DNA of 64,000 bases from Cenarchaeum sp. Lineage in GTDB: Archaea > Thermoproteota > Nitrososphaeria > Nitrososphaerales > Nitrosopumilaceae. Of the stretch, positions 18,852-29,845 are shown piece after piece. Position numbers and translations under genes: made by a program. The stretch is taken from positions 704,001-768,000 of the forward strand of contig OZ242221.1 of NCBI GenBank assembly GCA_965206845.1, in the 5' to 3' direction. Position 1 is the first letter of the stretch, and each line of letters opens with the position of its first letter. The notes beneath the pieces are model-generated. The model did not search any database. It was not told the origin of the DNA and was given only the letters and a program-made list of their open reading frames with translations.

Positions 18852-20006
18852 CTAGAAAAAGTCAGACAGTGTTCTCTGCTTTTTGAGCGATGCGATCATG
18901 CCGTGCTCCAGCCACTCCTTCCTGCTTATGCTCATGGGGCGCGCGGCCTCGTCCAGGGCCTGCTCAAAGCTGCCGGGCGTCGAGAACCCCTGCCGCATTG
19001 CAGCCCTTACCCCCTCCCGCACCTGCCACACACCCACGGGAATCGAGTACTCTGGACGTATCTCCCGGAGCACCAGCGCGCCTGCCTGGATCCTGTGCTC
19101 TGTCAGGTACTCGGCCACTGCCAGCCTGGCAGCAAAGTAGGCTCCCGCAATGGACGGCGTGCGGCGCATTCCCCGAAAGTCCTCGTGATCCGCACCAAAG
19201 CCCATCGCGCCGTTGGAGTACCAGGCCTCGATCATCTCGTACAGCCACCGGTGCGGGAACAATATCACCGAGAAGAGGTTCCCCAGATGCTCAAAGTGAA
19301 ACACCCTGTGCTCGTCTAGCACCGAATGATCCAGGGCCTGCTTTATCAGATGGGACGATATGATACTGTCGGTGGCAGTTATGCTCCACCTAGTGGGAAC
19401 CAGCCTTCTCCTCCTTCCCACCATTCCGATGCTAAAGCACTTCTGAATACGGGAGATATCCACGCCGCTATCGTAGAGGTGTAGCACCGCGTCCTGCGCC
19501 ATCAGATCCTTGTCATAGTACACCTGCTGGACCTTTCTGTGGGATGTCGTGTTGGCGAACTTGGCGGATTTGATCTCGCCTACCGGCCCGAAGGGGGCGC
19601 TGTGGCCGTCAAGGTGCACCAACGGTGTGGCCGCCCTGCGAAACTGCAGCTCCGAGTCTGCCGGCCCGTCTGACATTGCCATCTCTTGCAGCGCCTCGAT
19701 GTACCTGCCCTGTGGATCATCTGCCCTGACCCTCTGGACCCCGCGCACCAGGCTGAGGCGGTACTTTACAATCTCGTCCAAGCTCTTCCCAAGCCACCGC
19801 TCAGGCGCGTCCAGTATGGCGGTGTCCCCGTGGTCCGGCGGCACCATGGGGCCGACGTTTACCCTGGGGTAGCTGCGCGCGCCCACAAACACGGATGGCG
19901 GACTCGAGCCGCTGAGGGAGTTTGACGAGAACAGGCCATCGTACTTTGAGAGTATCATGTTCCATCGAAGCTCAAGCGATCTGCGGATATCCTGCGAGTT
20001 TTGCAT
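18852..20006 (-). CDS. nreA: Nre-family DNA repair protein
   Basis: GSSPPSVFVG..YP.V.VGP, LVPTRWSITATD, GAYFA.RL, PVGVWQVRE; PIP box QRTLSDFF. Confidence 0.9.
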   Translation of the reverse strand: MQNSQDIRRSLELRWNMILSKYDGLFSSNSLSGSSPPSVFVGARSYPRVNVGPMVPPDHGDTAILDAPERWLGKSLDEIVKYRLSLVRGVQRVRADDPQGRYIEALQEMAMSDGPADSELQFRRAATPLVHLDGHSAPFGPVGEIKSAKFANTTSHRKVQQVYYDKDLMAQDAVLHLYDSGVDISRIQKCFSIGMVGRRRRLVPTRWSITATDSIISSHLIKQALDHSVLDEHRVFHFEHLGNLFSVILFPHRWLYEMIEAWYSNGAMGFGADHEDFRGMRRTPSIAGAYFAARLAVAEYLTEHRIQAGALVLREIRPEYSIPVGVWQVREGVRAAMRQGFSTPGSFEQALDEAARPMSISRKEWLEHGMIASLKKQRTLSDFF

Positions 20007-20121
20007 GTGTGGTTCTTGGACTGCACACCGTATAAAGATGGCATGACACCATCCTGGCAGGACGCCGGTTCCGCATCCGGCTGCCAGCGAGGTTTAAACG
20101 GAGCTGCCGCAAAACCAGTGT

Positions 20122-21042
20122 ATGCCCATCAGGAGAATCGTATCGTTTCTTCCAAGCGCCACAGAGCTCATCTACGAGCTGGGAGTGCAAGACATGCTGT
20201 TTGGAGTGACGCACGAGTGTCTGTACCCTGCAGATGCCGCATCAAAGCCGCGGGTCATCTCCGCTGTGTTTGATCCACAGCACATGTCAAGCCGGGAGAT
20301 CGACGAGAAGACCCGCAGCCTGATGGAGGGAGGCCACGACATATTCAGGCTTGACGAGGATGTCCTCTGCGCTGCCAGGCCGGACCTCATAGTGTCCCAG
20401 AACACATGCCAGGTCTGCGCCGCGCATACAGGCCAGGTGGATGCGGCCCTGAAGGCGCTTCCCCAAAAGCCCCGCGTCCACTCTATGGATCCTCACAGCA
20501 TGGGGGAGATACTGGATGGCATCGTGGAGTTTGCAGAGATGGTGGGGGTGCCAGAGCGCGGCCGGAGGCTGCGCGCGTCACTGGAGGATCGAATTCGCAC
20601 CGTTACGGGGAGGCTGGCAGGCTCCACGCCCCGGGTGCTGGCGCTGGAGTGGCTTGATCCGTTCTTTACCGCGGGGCATTGGGTTCCTGAGATGATCGGG
20701 GCAGCCGGCGGGCAGAATCTCGTCAGCGGCACCGGTGAGCACTCCAGAGTCATGCCGTTTGATGAGATAGCCGCAGCAGATCCGGACATCATGCTGCTCA
20801 TGCCGTGCGGGTTTGATACGCGGCGCACCGCATCAGACTACCGCAGTGTGCTGCAGGACAGAAAGGACTGGCAGGGTCTGAGGGCCGTAGAGGACGGCCA
20901 GGTATATGCCCTGGATGCGAACTCGTACTTTAGCAAGCCCGGCATAAGGACGGTTACCGGAATCGAGGTTCTGGCAGGGATACTCCACCCCGGGGCGTCA
21001 GCAGACATCCCGGTTCCCGCAGGCTCCTCTGAGAGGGTCTAG
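20122..21042 (+). CDS. Cobalamin/iron ABC substrate-binding-like protein (BtuF-like)
   Basis: RIVSFLPSATE..GVTHEC.YP, LEWLDP..GHWVPEMI..AGG, PCGF. Confidence 0.85.
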   Translation: MPIRRIVSFLPSATELIYELGVQDMLFGVTHECLYPADAASKPRVISAVFDPQHMSSREIDEKTRSLMEGGHDIFRLDEDVLCAARPDLIVSQNTCQVCAAHTGQVDAALKALPQKPRVHSMDPHSMGEILDGIVEFAEMVGVPERGRRLRASLEDRIRTVTGRLAGSTPRVLALEWLDPFFTAGHWVPEMIGAAGGQNLVSGTGEHSRVMPFDEIAAADPDIMLLMPCGFDTRRTASDYRSVLQDRKDWQGLRAVEDGQVYALDANSYFSKPGIRTVTGIEVLAGILHPGASADIPVPAGSSERV

Positions 21043-21515
21043 TTGCTCAGCCGGCACTCCACGGCCAGGGATCTGGTGGTGGTGTAGTACGTGATCAGGA
21101 GGAGCGCGATCGCGGCTATTCGCAGCGGTATCTCATAGTTTGAGACAAAGGCAGACGCGGTAGCGCCGACGCTTCCAAAGGTCGAGATGATAGCAAAGCC
21201 GACAGGCCCGCAACTGCAGGCGCCGGCAACGGCCCCTACTATCGAGCCTGCCACGCCTCCGCCCATCTTCCTTCTGGAGCTGCGTAGAACCCTTATCCGG
21301 TATACGTTCATCGGGAGCACTACTGCCGAGAGAGCCGAGAGTACGACTATCAGGGCCAGTCCGAGCTCGCCGTCCTGCGGTATGTGGCCCACAAAGTACG
21401 GCTCCAAAAAGACGTACTCGGAGAGCAGCAGAAGCGGAAACAGGAGACCCGCGAAGATGACCAGCGCAAGTACCGCATACCCCGTACTTGAAAAGACCAC
21501 TCTCGTTGCGTTCAA
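21039..21515 (-). CDS. Hypothetical membrane protein with CxC motif
   Basis: Three or four TM helices; GACSCGP. Confidence 0.75.
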   Translation of the reverse strand: MNATRVVFSSTGYAVLALVIFAGLLFPLLLLSEYVFLEPYFVGHIPQDGELGLALIVVLSALSAVVLPMNVYRIRVLRSSRRKMGGGVAGSIVGAVAGACSCGPVGFAIISTFGSVGATASAFVSNYEIPLRIAAIALLLITYYTTTRSLAVECRLSN

Positions 21516-21661
21516 TATGCCACAGATGCGAGGGGGTTGGATTTAGACTATTTGTTTTTGCCACCAGAGCCCGTGCCCAAATCCGATAGGCGGTACCGAA
21601 TAGCCTGCAATGGCTCTGCCGCTGCAACGAACACATGTGCAGGACTGCATGCTGGAGCGGC

Positions 21662-23329
21662 CTACCACCCAAGTACATCGTAGTACGACCGGGGGACGTA
21701 CTCTTTCATCGAGAGGAGAAGCTGCCAGGCGGCCCCGTCAAGAACGTGGGTATCGCAGTAGTCGCTCTCGTTTCGAACAGAGCGGCCAAAGCCCTGCAGG
21801 AGTTTCACCAGGGTGGCATACCGGTACCAGTCCCGATCTCTTTGCGCCTTGACCTTTGTCCTCTTGTCTGCCATGGACAGGTACGGCGTCTTTACTATAA
21901 TCTGAAAGCGGGACAGGTCGTCCTTCAGGTCAACGCCGTACCAGAGTGACGGCGACGCAAGAACGTTGGGACGGTGCGTCTTGGCGTGGGCATCAAGAAC
22001 GGCTGCCCTCTTTCCCTCCACGCCTTCGTGGGCAATCGAGACCCGACTGCCGACAAGGCTCTGCAGGTCGCCGCACTGCCTCTTTGTGGTGGTAAGTACC
22101 AGGCCCTTCTTGTCGCGGTACTGGTTCATGATCTCCTCGGCCTTGCGGTACACGGCATCGTAGTCCTCTGCAGTGGATCTGTAGTTGAGCCACCTCACGT
22201 TGTGGAACTTGATCCTTCTGCTTCTCGCCGGAAACGGCGACAACGGCACCTCGACAAAGGCGCACTCAGACTCGGGCATGTCCATCGTTTTACAGAACCT
22301 TCCCTTGTGAATTGTTGCGCTCATGAAGAGCTGGTGCGGCATATCAAAGAACTGTTTGGTGTACTTGCCCACCTCTATGGGCTTGATCGATATCTTCGTC
22401 ACATTGTCTGAAAAATCCCTGTGCTCCTGCACCACAAAGTTCTCAGGATCCTCCTTGATCTCCATGATGGACGTGTCTATCGACTCCCTTCTCCCCCGGA
22501 GCCTCAGCGTCTGGTCCGTGCGCGGGTCGTCTGCCTCTAGCCTCTGTATTATTCTGGTGTAGCCGTCCCCCAGGGCATCCATTATCTCAAGCGTGCCGTC
22601 TATGGTGCCCGTTACAAAGTCCGCAAACTGCAGTTTCACGTCTTCCATGTATGATGGCAGGATGTCCAGCCCGATGTACCCTATGATCTGGTTCTCTATC
22701 TCGTGCGCCTCGTCGGCCACCAGGCACTTGCGCTCCAGATACTCCGCCATTCCCTTGGAGTAGAGGCGCGTCTGAAAGTACGACGAGTAGTTGAATAGCG
22801 CGTGGGTTGCCAGCAGTGCCTGGAACTTTTGGTTGTAGTAGTGGCATGTCTCCTTTATCGGCTCTGAGATCCGCTCGTCCTCGGTGCCCTGGTTGAAGAC
22901 CGCCAGCATGGACATGGAGGGCTTGTACTTGCAGTACTCGGTCTCCTTTTTGCCTGCAGGCGTCTTTGTCTCCCAAGAGCACACCCCAAAGTTGCAGCCC
23001 AGCCTAGGATCCCGCGCGGCGTCATTGTAGGATATGCCGGTGCGCTTGTATATCTCAAGGCACGGAAAGTTGGACATGCCCTTCATGGGGTACACAAACT
23101 CAAAGTCCCGCGTGTACTGGTCCTGCAGTATCTTCTGCGCAGTCACTATAAACGACGAGCCCAGCGACTTTGCCACGGTCATTGCAATGTGTGACTTGCC
23201 CACGCCCGTTGGCATGCACAGCAGGATGTTCTTGTATCCTGATTTGATGGCGGAGTCGATATCGACTATGACCTTCCTCTGAATTGGTCTGGGCGTGTAC
23301 TTGCTGGGAAAGTGCTCCAAAAGCATCAT
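21662..23329 (-). CDS. DinG/XPD-family SF2 helicase
   Basis: PR..Q, PTGVGKS, Cys-rich insert, DEAH, MSAT, GVD, QGFGRSVR. Confidence 0.88.
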   Translation of the reverse strand: MMLLEHFPSKYTPRPIQRKVIVDIDSAIKSGYKNILLCMPTGVGKSHIAMTVAKSLGSSFIVTAQKILQDQYTRDFEFVYPMKGMSNFPCLEIYKRTGISYNDAARDPRLGCNFGVCSWETKTPAGKKETEYCKYKPSMSMLAVFNQGTEDERISEPIKETCHYYNQKFQALLATHALFNYSSYFQTRLYSKGMAEYLERKCLVADEAHEIENQIIGYIGLDILPSYMEDVKLQFADFVTGTIDGTLEIMDALGDGYTRIIQRLEADDPRTDQTLRLRGRRESIDTSIMEIKEDPENFVVQEHRDFSDNVTKISIKPIEVGKYTKQFFDMPHQLFMSATIHKGRFCKTMDMPESECAFVEVPLSPFPARSRRIKFHNVRWLNYRSTAEDYDAVYRKAEEIMNQYRDKKGLVLTTTKRQCGDLQSLVGSRVSIAHEGVEGKRAAVLDAHAKTHRPNVLASPSLWYGVDLKDDLSRFQIIVKTPYLSMADKRTKVKAQRDRDWYRYATLVKLLQGFGRSVRNESDYCDTHVLDGAAWQLLLSMKEYVPRSYYDVLGW

Positions 23330-23481
23330 AGCTGCAGGCTCGACGTGAGCTGGTATTATTGCTTTGGCAAAAGTGAGGCTACCTGCCCCACCGGGCCAAT
23401 CGTGAAGGCACGGCCGGGCGCACAAACCCGCACCCGAGATACGTGTTCAGACTTTTATCTTGGCAGTGGTAAAGTCTCCGA

Positions 23482-25251
23482 GTGCAGTTCTCCGTTTTAT
23501 CAGACATATTCGAAGAGATGGAAAAGACCGCCAAGAGGCTTGAGCTTACAGACCACCTGGTGCGCCTCTTTGAGCAGACGCCCGTCGACGTGATCGCAAG
23601 AATCGTCTACCTGATACAGGGAAAGCTAAGACCCGACTATGAGGGGATTGAGCTGGGCGTGGCAGAGAAGATGGCCATACGGGCCATCTCCAAATCGTCA
23701 GGTACTCCCGTCAACAAGGTCGAGGCGGCGTACAGGGAGAGCGGGGATCTTGGCGACGCCGCGTCATCCATACTAAGGCAGAAGGCGCAGACCACCTTTG
23801 TCATGGAGGACATCACCGTGGAGAGGGTGTATGAGACCCTGGTCCGGATTGCAAAGCTGGGAGGATCCAGGTCGCAGGACATGAAGATAAAGTACATCTC
23901 AAGCCTGCTCAACGACGCCAGCCCCAAGGAGGCCAGCTTCATCCTCAAGCTCCTGCTGAACACGCTGCGACTGGGCATAGCCGAGAACACCGTAATGGAC
24001 GGACTGGCCGTGGCCTTTACCGGTGACAAGGGCAACAGGAAGATACTCGAGAGGGCGTACAACGTATCAAGCGATCTGGGACTTGTGGCAGAGACCGTTG
24101 CCAGGGACGGCATAAAGGGGATGGAGTCGTTTCAGGTACGGGTCTTCAGCCCCGTCAGACCCATGCTGGCAGACAGGGTAAAGAGCGAGAGCGGGGCCAT
24201 GGAGAAGATGGAGGGACCGTTCAGCGCAGAGTACAAGCTGGACGGGGAGAGGGTGCAGGTTCACGTCCAAGGCAGGAACGTGACGCTCTTCTCACGCAGC
24301 CTGGAGAACATTACAGAGTACTACCCGGACATAGTTGAGAAAATTCCCGGGACTCTCAGGACCCGGGAGGCGATACTGGAGGCAGAGGCCGTGGCCATAA
24401 ACGAGGACACCGGCGAGTTTCTTCCCTTTCAGGAGCTGATGCACCGGCGGCGCAAGCACCAGCGGGAGAAGGCGGTTCTCGAGTATCCCATCACGGTAAA
24501 CTTTTTTGACATCCTTCTGGCCGACGGCAAGAGCTGCCTTGACAAGCAGTACTCGGAGCGGAGAAGTCTGCTGGAGGAGATGGTGATGCCAGACGAGTTT
24601 GCAAGGAACATTCCCATGAAACCGGTCCACAGCAGGGACGAGATCGAGGACTTTATGGAGAACAGCATAAACGCCGGATGCGAGGGCCTGATGCTGAAGC
24701 TCGACGGGGCGCCGTACCGGGCAGGATCCCGCGGCAGCCTCTGGCTGAAGCTCAAGCGCGAGTACAGAAACGAGCTGGGAGACAGCCTTGATCTCGTTGT
24801 GATCGGGGCATTTACAGGCAAGGGCAGGAGAACCGGAAGGTACGGCACCCTGCTGCTGGCCACGTACAACGATGAACGGGATACCTTCCCAAGCATCTGC
24901 AAGGTGGGAACCGGGTTCACCGACGAGCACCTGGACACGTTCTACCAGATGCTCTCAGACAGGGTGACGTTGAAGAGGAATGCCAGGATCGAGAGCGAGA
25001 TGGTGGCAGATGTATGGTTTGAGCCCGAGACGGTGATCGAGGTGGTGGCATCAGAGATTACCCTCAGCCCCATCCACAAGTCCGCCATGGATTCCATCCG
25101 GAGCGGAAGCGGGCTGGCGCTCAGGTTCCCCAAGTTTACCGGAAAGATCAGGTCAGAGAAGATAGCCGAGGATGCATCCACCGACGAGGAGGTCGTGGCG
25201 CTGTACAAGAGCCAGAAGAAGACGGTGCGCGACTCGCAGTCCCACACGTGA
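23482..25251 (+). CDS. lig: ATP-dependent DNA ligase
   Basis: EYKLDGER, EGLMLK, WLKLK, DLVVIG, LRFPKF. Confidence 0.96.
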   Translation: MQFSVLSDIFEEMEKTAKRLELTDHLVRLFEQTPVDVIARIVYLIQGKLRPDYEGIELGVAEKMAIRAISKSSGTPVNKVEAAYRESGDLGDAASSILRQKAQTTFVMEDITVERVYETLVRIAKLGGSRSQDMKIKYISSLLNDASPKEASFILKLLLNTLRLGIAENTVMDGLAVAFTGDKGNRKILERAYNVSSDLGLVAETVARDGIKGMESFQVRVFSPVRPMLADRVKSESGAMEKMEGPFSAEYKLDGERVQVHVQGRNVTLFSRSLENITEYYPDIVEKIPGTLRTREAILEAEAVAINEDTGEFLPFQELMHRRRKHQREKAVLEYPITVNFFDILLADGKSCLDKQYSERRSLLEEMVMPDEFARNIPMKPVHSRDEIEDFMENSINAGCEGLMLKLDGAPYRAGSRGSLWLKLKREYRNELGDSLDLVVIGAFTGKGRRTGRYGTLLLATYNDERDTFPSICKVGTGFTDEHLDTFYQMLSDRVTLKRNARIESEMVADVWFEPETVIEVVASEITLSPIHKSAMDSIRSGSGLALRFPKFTGKIRSEKIAEDASTDEEVVALYKSQKKTVRDSQSHT

Positions 25252-25432
25252 GGCCGCAGTCCGGCGCTGCGACACGAAAGACTAGGCCCGCGCATGTGGC
25301 CACATCCACGCCTCGTCCAGGCACGAGGATACACGTTTGAGCAGATACCTGCGCCCGGCCCGATGCGGCAGGCGGACCCACACACACAGGCATGCCAAAG
25401 CTTTATCTTAAAAATAGTCAGGAATGTGACAA

Positions 25433-26185
25433 ATGAAGACAAAGGTGTTTGCACTTGCAGGAGCGGCGGCAGTCGTAGCTGTTCTGGCAGCCGCTCTGGC
25501 GTACACTGACACACCGCCGCAGACCAGATACGAAGAGTCCAACCTGCAGATAAGGGAGGCCCTTGCACAAGAGCAGATCAGCATGTCGGCGCCGATCAAC
25601 CTGTCCACCCAAGATCTGATAGAGCAGTTCTGCTATCCGTTCATCGACGAGGCAAACCCAGTTCTCTCACAGGAAGGGTCGATGGGACGCATCATAATCA
25701 GCAGCGCAAGTGCAGGCAGGAATGTCCCGATACAGTACTGCACGTCCACGGAGATCGTTGGAACCGCAGAAGAGTTTCTTGGCAACGTGCACATGGCAGG
25801 ATCCTCAGACGAGCCCACCATTGCAATAGGCGCGATCCAAGTGAGCCACACGCAGAGCTTTGAGGACATGGCGGTGGTCTTTGAGTCAATGGTGCAGGTT
25901 CTTGCGTGCGACTGCTGGGAGGAGGCGCAGGCACTATCCATGCCCCCTGCCTGGGACACCGAGGGCGGCAGCGTTGGTGACTGGCAGGCCGAGCCCGACA
26001 GGATACCTGACAGATATGAATCCCTGTACGACATGATATGGGACATCAACACAAGGCACCAGCAGAGCGAGCTTGCAGAGCCCCTGACCGTCTCAAACAT
26101 AATCGAGCTGGAGGGAAGGATGATCCAGATCATACTGCTCCCAAATCCACAGGGAATCGAGTGGCAGATGCGCATCGTGCTCTGA
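25433..26185 (+). CDS. Secreted or membrane-anchored hypothetical protein
   Basis: N-terminal signal/TM segment; acidic; YCTSTE and CDCW motifs. Confidence 0.75.
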   Translation: MKTKVFALAGAAAVVAVLAAALAYTDTPPQTRYEESNLQIREALAQEQISMSAPINLSTQDLIEQFCYPFIDEANPVLSQEGSMGRIIISSASAGRNVPIQYCTSTEIVGTAEEFLGNVHMAGSSDEPTIAIGAIQVSHTQSFEDMAVVFESMVQVLACDCWEEAQALSMPPAWDTEGGSVGDWQAEPDRIPDRYESLYDMIWDINTRHQQSELAEPLTVSNIIELEGRMIQIILLPNPQGIEWQMRIVL

Positions 26186-26238
26186 GGGATGCTGCACCGC
26201 ACGCAAGCACAATATAGAATGGAGTTTATTTTGGCATC

Positions 26239-27063
26239 ATGCTTGAAGAGATGTGGCTGATCCTGTTGGGGTTTGGAGCCGGGGCCATAGGATCCATGGT
26301 GGGGTTCGGCGGCGGGGTCGTGATAGCGCCCGTCTTGACATTTATGGGATTTCCCCCGGCGCTGGCAGCAAGCAACAGCCTCTTTGGGGCGTTTGGCAAC
26401 ATCAGCGCAGCCGTGCTCACACACACGCTGAAGAGGCGGCTCAAGTACTCGCTGGGCCTGAAGATGGGCCTGGTGTCGGTTCCCGGCACGGTGCTGGGAG
26501 CACTTCTCTCCGGCTATGTGGAGTCAGACGTCTTCAAGGTACTGTTTGGCGTGATACTTGTAGTGATCAGCGCCTACATACTGACCAAGGGCAGGATGAG
26601 GGCGCACTCAACAGGCCATACGTGGCTTGTGGTAGTACTGACGGCAGGCGCCAGCTTCTCTGCTGGAATCGTGTCCAGCTTCTTTGGGGTCGGCGGCGGC
26701 ATCATCTTTGTGCCCCTGATGGTGCTTGTCATGGGAATGACGATGAAGGACGGCGCCGCGGCGGCCCAGCCGGCACTGCTAGTTGCCGCCTTTGCCGGCC
26801 TCGTATCCCACAGCATGCTCGGGCATCCGGACTTTTACCAGGCCATGCTGCTGATGGCTGGGGGCTTTGGGGGCGGACTGCTGGGAGTCAGGGTGTCCCG
26901 TGGGCTTGGGGACAGGCACCTGCGGGTCATCGTATCCGTGCTGATCACTGCGGCTGCCGTCAGGCTCTTCTGGGAGGCGCTAGACGAGATGTACCGCGGG
27001 GGCGCCCTCTTTGCCGTGTACGGACTGCCATCGGAGATCGCAGGATCCGGACTACTTCCGTAG
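26239..27063 (+). CDS. TauE/SafE-family sulfite exporter
   Basis: Two GxGGG..xP repeats; about 8 TM helices. Confidence 0.9.
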   Translation: MLEEMWLILLGFGAGAIGSMVGFGGGVVIAPVLTFMGFPPALAASNSLFGAFGNISAAVLTHTLKRRLKYSLGLKMGLVSVPGTVLGALLSGYVESDVFKVLFGVILVVISAYILTKGRMRAHSTGHTWLVVVLTAGASFSAGIVSSFFGVGGGIIFVPLMVLVMGMTMKDGAAAAQPALLVAAFAGLVSHSMLGHPDFYQAMLLMAGGFGGGLLGVRVSRGLGDRHLRVIVSVLITAAAVRLFWEALDEMYRGGALFAVYGLPSEIAGSGLLP

Positions 27064-27069
27064 AGATGC

Positions 27070-28845
27070 CTATCTTGTCTCATCAACGCAGAACGAGACC
27101 ACGGCGGACGATGCCGCATCCCGGGACAGGGCAAAGTCCAGGGCGGATGCCATCCTCTCGCTGTCAGGCTCCGCTCCGGCAACAGTTCCTGCAAACACAG
27201 AGAAGATCCTGATCCTGGACTTGAGGACATCGCTGAGCTCCTGGTTGACCGTGGCGGTGAACGGGCGCAGCGCCCCGCGGAACACCTCTATCTGCCCGCG
27301 GCGTATGCCAGAGACCCTGCCTGCCGGCATGTCCGGACCCACTATCACAACAGAGCCTGTCGCATCCTTGAACAGCCGCGGGTCTCTGCCTCCCCCGGGC
27401 ACAAAGTACTCCAGGGCGCTCTGGGCCACGGCCGCCGTGCTGGTGATGAACCTGTCTACCAGTCCGTCCCACTGGGATCTTGACAGCCCCACAAGCTTTG
27501 GGAACTCGGGCAGGTTGCCGGTCATGTGAACCACGCCAGCCACCGGTCCCAGTTTTGCGCCCGCGGTGTTAAGCCACCTCAGGATCTCATCGGCGGATGT
27601 GGTGTCCACTACATGTGAGTGAAACTTGTTGGAGATGGACTCGCGATACTCCTGGGGGGTGTCCCCGGACACAAGACATACCGCCTTGCCTCCGCTTTGT
27701 TCTATGTGTGATGCCAGAAACTCCGCCCTCTTTACGTCCGCATCGTCTGCTGCCTGTATGGTAAGGACCACGGCCTTGCCAGCAAGGTCTGGCCGGTGCA
27801 CCGACGGGGCCGCCGCCCCGATGTGCGGCTTGACCGGATAAAACACCCTGTCCCCTGGAACCACCTTGCCGTTGAGTATCGCCGCCATGTCGTCATCACA
27901 CAGATCCAGCACCGTCCGGGCAACCTGCTCTTGGGACAGGAACTGCCTGTCAGCAATCATATGGGATGTGTTTCGCTGAATCTTCTCTGCAATTGCCTGG
28001 ATCTTGTTCAGCAGTCTGGCCAGTATCTGCGTCAGCTCGCCAGCGCTCCTGCCCGTGGACTCGGCCATGCCCTCTGCGGCCTTGGCAATTCCCTGCTCCA
28101 CAACATCAGGGCTCTCCCCCAGCAGACCGACTATCTGCCCGTTGGCCGCGTCCACCTGCTCCGGACTCAGATCCTCAAAGCCGCCAACCCTCATAAACTC
28201 CGAGGCGGCCTTGGGGTAGACGGTCTTGTAGATGCGATCCGAGTGCACCGGCCCGGGGTTTGTGGCAATGGAGATTATCCCCCTGTCTGCAAGCTCCCAA
28301 GACATGGCCTCTGCCAGCCTGTTCTTGGCTCCCTGGGATGCTGTGTACGGGCTACGGAACCTGTAGGGCCTCTGCTCCAGCGGCCTCTCCTCCGTGAAGA
28401 ATGTAGATATCGTGATTATCTTTCCGCCCTTGGCCATTACGTCCAGGGCCCGAACCGAGGTCCAGAAGGTGCCAGTAAGATGGATGCCCACGGTGCTCCC
28501 AAACTCGTCAAGTGGGGCGCTGGCAAAGCAGGTCACCGGACCCGAGACGCCGGCATTATTTACCACGCAGTCCACCGTGATGCCGTCGTCCCTGATTGCG
28601 TCAAACATGCGGTTGACGTTCTCCTCATCGGCCACATCAACTCCGGAGAAGAGCCTGACGGAGGCTCCGCTTCCCACACTGGAGATTATCCCGTTTAGCA
28701 TTCCGGCAGTATCCTCCAGCGGTCCTCGCCTTCTTCCCAAGAGTATGACCGAGGCGCCTCCCTCAACAAATTTTTTGGCGATGGCCTGGCCGATTCCCGT
28801 ACCGCTGCCGGTAACCAACACAGTCTTGCCTTGAAACTTTAACAT
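27070..28845 (-). CDS. Two-domain short-chain dehydrogenase/reductase
   Basis: TGSGTGIG, NNAGVSGP; degenerate second SDR-like half. Confidence 0.85.
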   Translation of the reverse strand: MLKFQGKTVLVTGSGTGIGQAIAKKFVEGGASVILLGRRRGPLEDTAGMLNGIISSVGSGASVRLFSGVDVADEENVNRMFDAIRDDGITVDCVVNNAGVSGPVTCFASAPLDEFGSTVGIHLTGTFWTSVRALDVMAKGGKIITISTFFTEERPLEQRPYRFRSPYTASQGAKNRLAEAMSWELADRGIISIATNPGPVHSDRIYKTVYPKAASEFMRVGGFEDLSPEQVDAANGQIVGLLGESPDVVEQGIAKAAEGMAESTGRSAGELTQILARLLNKIQAIAEKIQRNTSHMIADRQFLSQEQVARTVLDLCDDDMAAILNGKVVPGDRVFYPVKPHIGAAAPSVHRPDLAGKAVVLTIQAADDADVKRAEFLASHIEQSGGKAVCLVSGDTPQEYRESISNKFHSHVVDTTSADEILRWLNTAGAKLGPVAGVVHMTGNLPEFPKLVGLSRSQWDGLVDRFITSTAAVAQSALEYFVPGGGRDPRLFKDATGSVVIVGPDMPAGRVSGIRRGQIEVFRGALRPFTATVNQELSDVLKSRIRIFSVFAGTVAGAEPDSERMASALDFALSRDAASSAVVSFCVDETR

Positions 28846-29094
28846 GAACAGCCTACCGCACGTACAGCATTATTTGTTTGGATATGCACGCAGTGCGCGG
28901 CCCAAGCTGCCTCGAGTATAATGCCGCTCCCACAGTAGCCTTGGGATCCACAAAAGCCGGCCCGGCAGGCTATACGAATCTCTGGACTGCCATAGCATGA
29001 GATTGCATACTGCGTCGAGCCAGGCGCAAAGATTTTCCCGGTGTGCATTTTTCATGTCCGAATGATGGGGGAGTGCGGCCTCGCACGACTGCAT

Positions 29095-29186
29095 GTACAC
29101 ACTCAGGTCCCGCTCGAACCTAGGCACGGTTTTGCGAGACGCGACGCGGTTTTGTGCCTAGAAGGATCGCCGACCTGAGTACATAC
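29095..29186. mobile_element. 92-bp MITE, copy 2
   Basis: TSD GACTGCAT at 29087-29094 and 29187-29194; near-identical to 11261-11352. Confidence 0.92.
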
Positions 29187-29234
29187 GACTGCATGTCTGA
29201 TATCTTTATTTGTGGGATTGCCTGCGTGCACTTA

Positions 29235-29471
29235 ATGCACGATACCGAGTCTGACACGTTCGAGCCAAAGACATGGCCCCAGAAGGTATGTGACATGCTC
29301 GCCGAGATAGACATCAAGTGCCGGCCAAATGAGATCGCCGCAGGTGATGTAGAGGGAGACGACTACTATGGAAGGTTCTTCTCCCAGACGCCGAGGATGG
29401 TCACCAACAAGGGAAGCCTGGAGGTAGAGAATGCGAACATTGACGTCATCCACATTATTCAGAAGGGATAG
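29235..29471 (+). CDS. Hypothetical protein
   Basis: MHDTESDTFEPK..; the upstream extension of the ORF call runs into the MITE; abuts the next gene. Confidence 0.65.
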   Translation: MHDTESDTFEPKTWPQKVCDMLAEIDIKCRPNEIAAGDVEGDDYYGRFFSQTPRMVTNKGSLEVENANIDVIHIIQKG

Positions 29472-29473
29472 AG

Positions 29474-29845
29474 ATGCAGGATCCTAATCCACTACCATGG
29501 GGCGCAATGGACAGGTTTCAGGCACACTTTATCGTAAGAAGAGACACCGGCCACGGCAAGGACTTTGTTGCCAGAACGATACTCAAGACCACGGGGCACT
29601 TTGCCGCAAAGAAGATAGCGTCGGTCAGCTGGAACGGCGGCAGAATCGCCGAGGTTCTGAACGCAGATACCGCGCTAAACGACATGATATCCAGGGAATC
29701 CACAAAGGATGCAGACATCCGCATCGAGCCCACCGGCACCGGAGTCAGGATCAGAAGCAAGTGGAAGAACCACTTGGAGTTTAAGATCACAAAAGAGATG
29801 TTTCAGATCTACGACAAGATTGCAGGGCATGTAAAGTCGCTCTGA
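29474..29845 (+). CDS. Hypothetical protein
   Basis: Compact ORF with typical codon usage; operon-like spacing. Confidence 0.75.
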   Translation: MQDPNPLPWGAMDRFQAHFIVRRDTGHGKDFVARTILKTTGHFAAKKIASVSWNGGRIAEVLNADTALNDMISRESTKDADIRIEPTGTGVRIRSKWKNHLEFKITKEMFQIYDKIAGHVKSL

